Source of the DNA: an uncultured bacterium
Lineage (GTDB): Bacteria; Poribacteria; WGA-4E; JAJDTR01
Assembly: GCA_964478165.1 (NCBI GenBank)
Contig: CAYZGU010000004.1
Coordinates: 39,351 to 103,350, forward strand
DNA: 64,000 nucleotides
Direction of reading: 5' to 3'
Shown here: in pieces, positions 60,111 to 64,000 of the stretch
Layout: every line of letters starts with the position of its first letter
Position numbering within the stretch: position 1 is the stretch's first letter
Translations under genes and position numbers: made by a program
Notes under the pieces: generated by a model
Seen by the model: the letters and a program-made list of their open reading frames with translations, nothing else
Told to the model about the DNA's origin: nothing
The model's database searches: none

Positions 60111-60968
60111 ATGAAATATCGGAGTTTTGGCCAAACGGGTATGCGGCTGAGCGTGGTGGGTCTGGGGGGGTTGCTCGCACATTATGAAGGGGCGTGTGGC
60201 CACCCGCCACCTGAGGAAAAGCGCCGAATCTACCTACGCTCGGTAGAATTAGGAATAAACCTATTTGATATGGGTTATGGAGATGAAATTTACATACCCG
60301 AAGAACTGAAGGGTGGAGGAAAGAATCACTACTTTTCTCTAAAAGTGGGATCCCCTTCGGCGAATGAACTTGAAGGGCTTGTTGACAAGCACCTCTGTAA
60401 TGTGCGGCGAGATACCATCGACATTCTTCGGGTACATCACTATGCCTACATGCAGGATGACAGGCTGGTCGAACGGATTGCTGGATTGAAACAAGTGGGA
60501 AAAGTCCGCGCTCTCTGCCTGATTCGCCATTTTCGAGCTGACCAAGAATCCTATGTAGATCGTGGACCAGAACCAGAAGCTGACGCAGATTTGGTCATTT
60601 ACAACTACGTCTGTCGTTGGCAAGCGCCGGGCATCGAACATGCTTCTGTCGCAGACAAAGGGGTGCTAGTTATGAAGGCACTCGGTAGCCAATGGCTGAG
60701 TTGGGCGGATAAGACGCAAACCGATTGGACGAAGGCTACCAAAGAAACCATCGTGAAGCTATCTGCTCGTGGAGAGGGAATGCGCAATGATTTGGAGCTT
60801 GCGTACCCCATAATTGCGGGACCGTGGTACGAGTTAGCCCAATCCGGAGAAGATATTCCCCGTACAGAGCGAGCTGTCCAGTGGGTCTTGGAAAATGAAG
60901 GTGTGAGCAGTGTCTTAGTAGCATTTGCTAGTGTTGCGGAACTCGAAGAAGGCTTGGCTGTCAGATAA
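60111..60968 (+). CDS. aldo/keto reductase-like protein (short, divergent)
   Basis: MKYRSFGQTG..SVVGLG, GINLFD, DTIDILRVH, LKQVGKVR, MKALG; AGGAAGG RBS. Confidence 0.75.
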   Translation: MKYRSFGQTGMRLSVVGLGGLLAHYEGACGHPPPEEKRRIYLRSVELGINLFDMGYGDEIYIPEELKGGGKNHYFSLKVGSPSANELEGLVDKHLCNVRRDTIDILRVHHYAYMQDDRLVERIAGLKQVGKVRALCLIRHFRADQESYVDRGPEPEADADLVIYNYVCRWQAPGIEHASVADKGVLVMKALGSQWLSWADKTQTDWTKATKETIVKLSARGEGMRNDLELAYPIIAGPWYELAQSGEDIPRTERAVQWVLENEGVSSVLVAFASVAELEEGLAVR

Positions 60969-61039
60969 TCCTGCGCCTCAAACGTATTGCTTTCACGTGC
61001 GGTAGCCCATTTTTTATCTGAAGAAAGAGAGAAGAGATA

Positions 61040-61921
61040 ATGGCAAAAATGTACCGCGCTGGAATCGTTGGATGTGGTGGCATGGGACGTTCACATGCAA
61101 AAGCGTGGACGGAGCATCCTGCTGTCGAGCTTGTTTCGGTAGCGGACATCGACAAAGGCGTAGCGCAGCACTTTGCGGAGGAATTTGACGTCCCTGAAGT
61201 ATTCGCCGACTATCACGAAATGTATAGAGACGCGGCTCTCGATGTCGTTAGTATTCCAACATGGAAAGGCGTGCGTGCTGAGATTGCCGTCGCGGCAGCA
61301 GATGCGGGAATAAGAGGTATAATCGGTGAAAAGCCGATGGCAGGATTGCTGAATACAGGGACTCATGGCATCGATTTATGGCGATATTTCCTATCGGATT
61401 CGGAAACAAGTTGGGTAATTGGACAGACTTCACGGACTTCGGATAGGTGAGAACGGCGGAGTCGTTGCGAAGATTTGTGCATGGGGTTGGTCTGTTTTGA
61501 AGGTGGTACGCGTTCCGTATACGAAGGCGATTTGCCGTAACCGGGTGTGGAAATGCCCCGCATCTACGGTACGGAAGGCAAAATTACTACGGGGGAGGGT
61601 GGTGTCGTCCTTCTCCAAACTCATGAGCTGAGTGGTTGGCGGTAGATTCATCCAACTCCGGAGCCGAAAAATCAGTATGAAGAATTTATTGATTGGTTTG
61701 AAGAGAAAATCCCGGAACATCGTAGTACTGGACGACAGGCACGCTACACATTAGAAATAATGATGGCGATATACGAATCGTTACGAATCAAGAATGTGGT
61801 CGTAATGCCACTCGAGATTAGAGAATCACCGCTGGAGTTAATGGTGCAAGACGGTACGCTCCCTGTTATCAAGGAGGGACGTTACGATATTCGAAGGCCA
61901 TTTCCGGAGGAGCAAAGATGA
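61040..61921 (+). pseudogene. Gfo/Idh/MocA oxidoreductase pseudogene
   Basis: GIVGCGGMG, EKPMA joined directly to GLLNTGTH (in-frame internal deletion); same-frame stops at 61448, 61538, 61643; intact-looking C-terminus LEIMMAIYES to TGA 61919-21. Confidence 0.85.
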
Positions 61922-61970
61922 ATCCTCGTTCACTGTTGGCAGCAAACCTAAACATACGGAGGTCCATAAA

Positions 61971-63149
61971 ATGGCCGGTCGTCGATTTATTGGTGCTTTG
62001 TATACCTACCCATGGGATTTGATTGATGAAGGTCTCGATCTTGCGCTCGATCGCATCATCGATCTGACTGACTGTCAGGAGATTTTGTTAACGCCGTGTT
62101 ATCACCGTTCAACTTACTTCCTACCCCATAATCCCAAGCGTCCCGTATACTTTGGCGAAAATGGAGCTATCTATTTCTCACCTGACTTGTCAAGGTATGT
62201 GGGCACTCGTATTCGACCTCGCGTTAGTAAGGAGGTCACTGATGACGCGTATTTCGACCGAATCGTTGAAGCAATCGGAAAACGGGGCCTAAAATTGTCG
62301 GCGTGGATGGTGTATACCTTTCAAGATTTCCTGTCAGAACGGTATCCCGAATTTGCCAAACACGATGCGTTCGGTTGTCCCTACGTGGGTCAGCTCAGTA
62401 CCGCGCCTGCCGACGTTCGGGCTTATTTTCTCACGCTGACCGCCGAGGTTTTGGAACGATATCATCCAGTAGCAGTATGGGTTGAATCACTCATGCGTCG
62501 TGGGTTCGGAATGCCGCCGAAACGGCGTGCCGAGATTTCGCCGCAGTGCCAGTTTCTTCTAAGTCTGTGTTTCAATCCGTCTTCAATAGCAAATGCAAAT
62601 GTGGGTGGTATGGACGCTGAACGCTTTCGATGCCAGGTGGTTGACTGGTTACGACCTCGGCTTTCCCGATTACCAACCAAGGAAGACAGTTTAACTGTTA
62701 CTGACGAATGGATTGTCAAAGCCTTTGATGGCCAGCTCCAACAGTATTTGTCCATTTCCCGCAAGAATACGACAGCACTTTGGCTAGAGGTTGCCAACCT
62801 GATTCGTCAGAGTGGGGCCAAAGTTCAGACGAACCTTGCCGATATGGCTAGTGCACTGAGAAACGATTTAGACCCAAGCATCAATAAAAGCATCGATAGA
62901 CTCAGTGTTAGCCTCACAGAAACTGGTGAAACGGCATCTGCGGAGGTGCTAGCTCTTGGTCGTCAGATTGCCCCGGGTGGCGAGGTGTTTATACAAGCTG
63001 GCACGGGCGGGCTGACAGACTCTAATCGTTTGGCTAAAGAGTTGAAGACTGCTGCCGATGCTGGTGTCGTTGGCGCGACGTTCTATAATTATGGGTTGCT
63101 GCGCGAAGATCAGCTGAGCTCCATCGGTACAGCCTTGCGATCTCTATAG
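61971..63149 (+). CDS. uncharacterised YPWD-motif protein, probable glycoside-hydrolase-like TIM barrel
   Basis: GGAGG RBS; LYTYPWDL, YH..PHNP, G..LSAW, DVRAYF, VWVES, FYNYG. Confidence 0.6.
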   Translation: MAGRRFIGALYTYPWDLIDEGLDLALDRIIDLTDCQEILLTPCYHRSTYFLPHNPKRPVYFGENGAIYFSPDLSRYVGTRIRPRVSKEVTDDAYFDRIVEAIGKRGLKLSAWMVYTFQDFLSERYPEFAKHDAFGCPYVGQLSTAPADVRAYFLTLTAEVLERYHPVAVWVESLMRRGFGMPPKRRAEISPQCQFLLSLCFNPSSIANANVGGMDAERFRCQVVDWLRPRLSRLPTKEDSLTVTDEWIVKAFDGQLQQYLSISRKNTTALWLEVANLIRQSGAKVQTNLADMASALRNDLDPSINKSIDRLSVSLTETGETASAEVLALGRQIAPGGEVFIQAGTGGLTDSNRLAKELKTAADAGVVGATFYNYGLLREDQLSSIGTALRSL

Positions 63150-63271
63150 TGTTATATCGTTCGTTGTGCCTTCCACCTGACCATTGCGCGATTTCGCTTT
63201 CCTCCTTCGCTACCACATTTTCTGTGATTCATCGTGCATTGTTTAATACTGCAAAACACCCTGTTTTGCGC

Positions 63272-63300
63272 TTGAGAATTTCTCTATAGTCGCCTATAAT
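63272..63300 (+). promoter_or_regulatory. sigma70-type promoter with adjacent inverted repeat
   Basis: TTGAGA, 17 nt, TATAAT; perfect GCAAAACA-ccc-TGTTTTGC at 63251-63269 just upstream. Confidence 0.6.
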
Positions 63301-63328
63301 GTCGTCCGTACTGAAAGTAGGTCTGAGT

Positions 63329-64000
63329 ATGAAGAAAACATCACTTAGTCAAATACACGTCAATGCAAAGAAAACCGCACATTTAGGATTGGACCTCGGT
63401 AGGAAGATTGGTGTCCTTGATCCAACGATAAAATCTACGACAGCGCACACGTACGATACAGGGAAATGCGATGAGCTCCATCGAAAACTTGTAGTGGTCG
63501 ATTCGTATTCTGCGGCGGTCGATCTCGATGCTCTTCAACGCGGACGGGTCGATGTCGTAGTGCAAGCGCTCCAAGCCGAGGAGCGCTTTGTCCAAATTCC
63601 GCCGCAGTCAGTATTAGATTCGCCACCGAAAGGGCTTACGATTTGGGAACATGTCTTTAAGGGTTCAGCGCTTGTTGAGAGGGTAACACAGCTGATTGAC
63701 GAACATTTGCAGTTTATCGAAGCATATGATGACTATATCGAATTGGCATTGACTGAGGGGGACGTTCGACGCATCGTTGCATCCGGGAAGATTGCTATGG
63801 TGATGATGCTTGCGAGTGGGATAATTGACAACAGTCTGGAGGTTCTAAGAAAGTATTATGGAGCTGGAATCCGCGTGATGGCGCTTTGTCATCTAGGATC
63901 GGTGGGTTGGGCGGACTCGACAGCTGAGCTCAAGCAACATCCGGGATTGACTGATTTTGGAAGGAGAGTTCTAATCGCCTGTAACGAAATGGGAATATTA
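63329..64000 (+). CDS. membrane dipeptidase (M19)-like protein, truncated by the window end; absent from the ORF track
   Basis: Translated by hand, open for 224 codons: LHRKLVVVD, VDLDALQRG, GKIAMVM, GIRVMALCH, WADS, GLTDFGRRV..CNEMGI. Confidence 0.8.
   Translation, partial: MKKTSLSQIHVNAKKTAHLGLDLGRKIGVLDPTIKSTTAHTYDTGKCDELHRKLVVVDSYSAAVDLDALQRGRVDVVVQALQAEERFVQIPPQSVLDSPPKGLTIWEHVFKGSALVERVTQLIDEHLQFIEAYDDYIELALTEGDVRRIVASGKIAMVMMLASGIIDNSLEVLRKYYGAGIRVMALCHLGSVGWADSTAELKQHPGLTDFGRRVLIACNEMGIL

Noticed and set aside
61448-61645. Stop-codon readthrough, Sec or Pyl recoding in the broken genes
   Set aside because: All three stop types occur together with deletions or frameshifts, and intact genes end in TAA, TAG and TGA normally
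825-63626. Numerous minus-strand and alternate-frame ORFs in the track
   Set aside because: They are nested in well-supported + strand genes and carry no motifs; shadow ORFs

Overview
Bacterial window in which every credible gene lies on the + strand. It opens with three secreted LamG/concanavalin-like proteins sharing a C-terminal 'V..x.KL(A/S)T(T/S)W(A/G)x(L/V)K/R' tail, which, with the PhyH, Gfo/Idh/MocA and enolase paralogs, suggests a Candidatus Poribacteria-like organism (inference). The remaining ~59 kb is a dense set of apparently cytoplasmic catabolic enzymes in small paralog families: 4 uncharacterised ~650-680 aa helical-toroid-like proteins, 5 intact Gfo/Idh/MocA oxidoreductases (4 in one subfamily) plus 2 remnants, 5 enolase-superfamily enzymes (4 with an unusual K-x-H / D-E-H site), 5 GHL10-like TIM barrels, 2 beta-propeller hydrolases, 2 metallophosphoesterases and 2 uronate-dehydrogenase-like SDRs. 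Singletons include a heparinase II/III-like lyase, PIG-L, PHP, PhyH, Ldh_2, amidase, cupin, class III aminotransferase, SDR, amidohydrolase, transglutaminase-like, rhamnulokinase, AKR and a divergent M19 dipeptidase. I found no transporter, regulator, RNA gene, CRISPR array or intact mobile element. Three clear pseudogenes or deletion scars show gene turnover. The best novelty candidate is the four-paralog family at 5.7-16.3 kb with its co-expanded partner enzymes. All family calls come from motif recognition by eye, not database searches.
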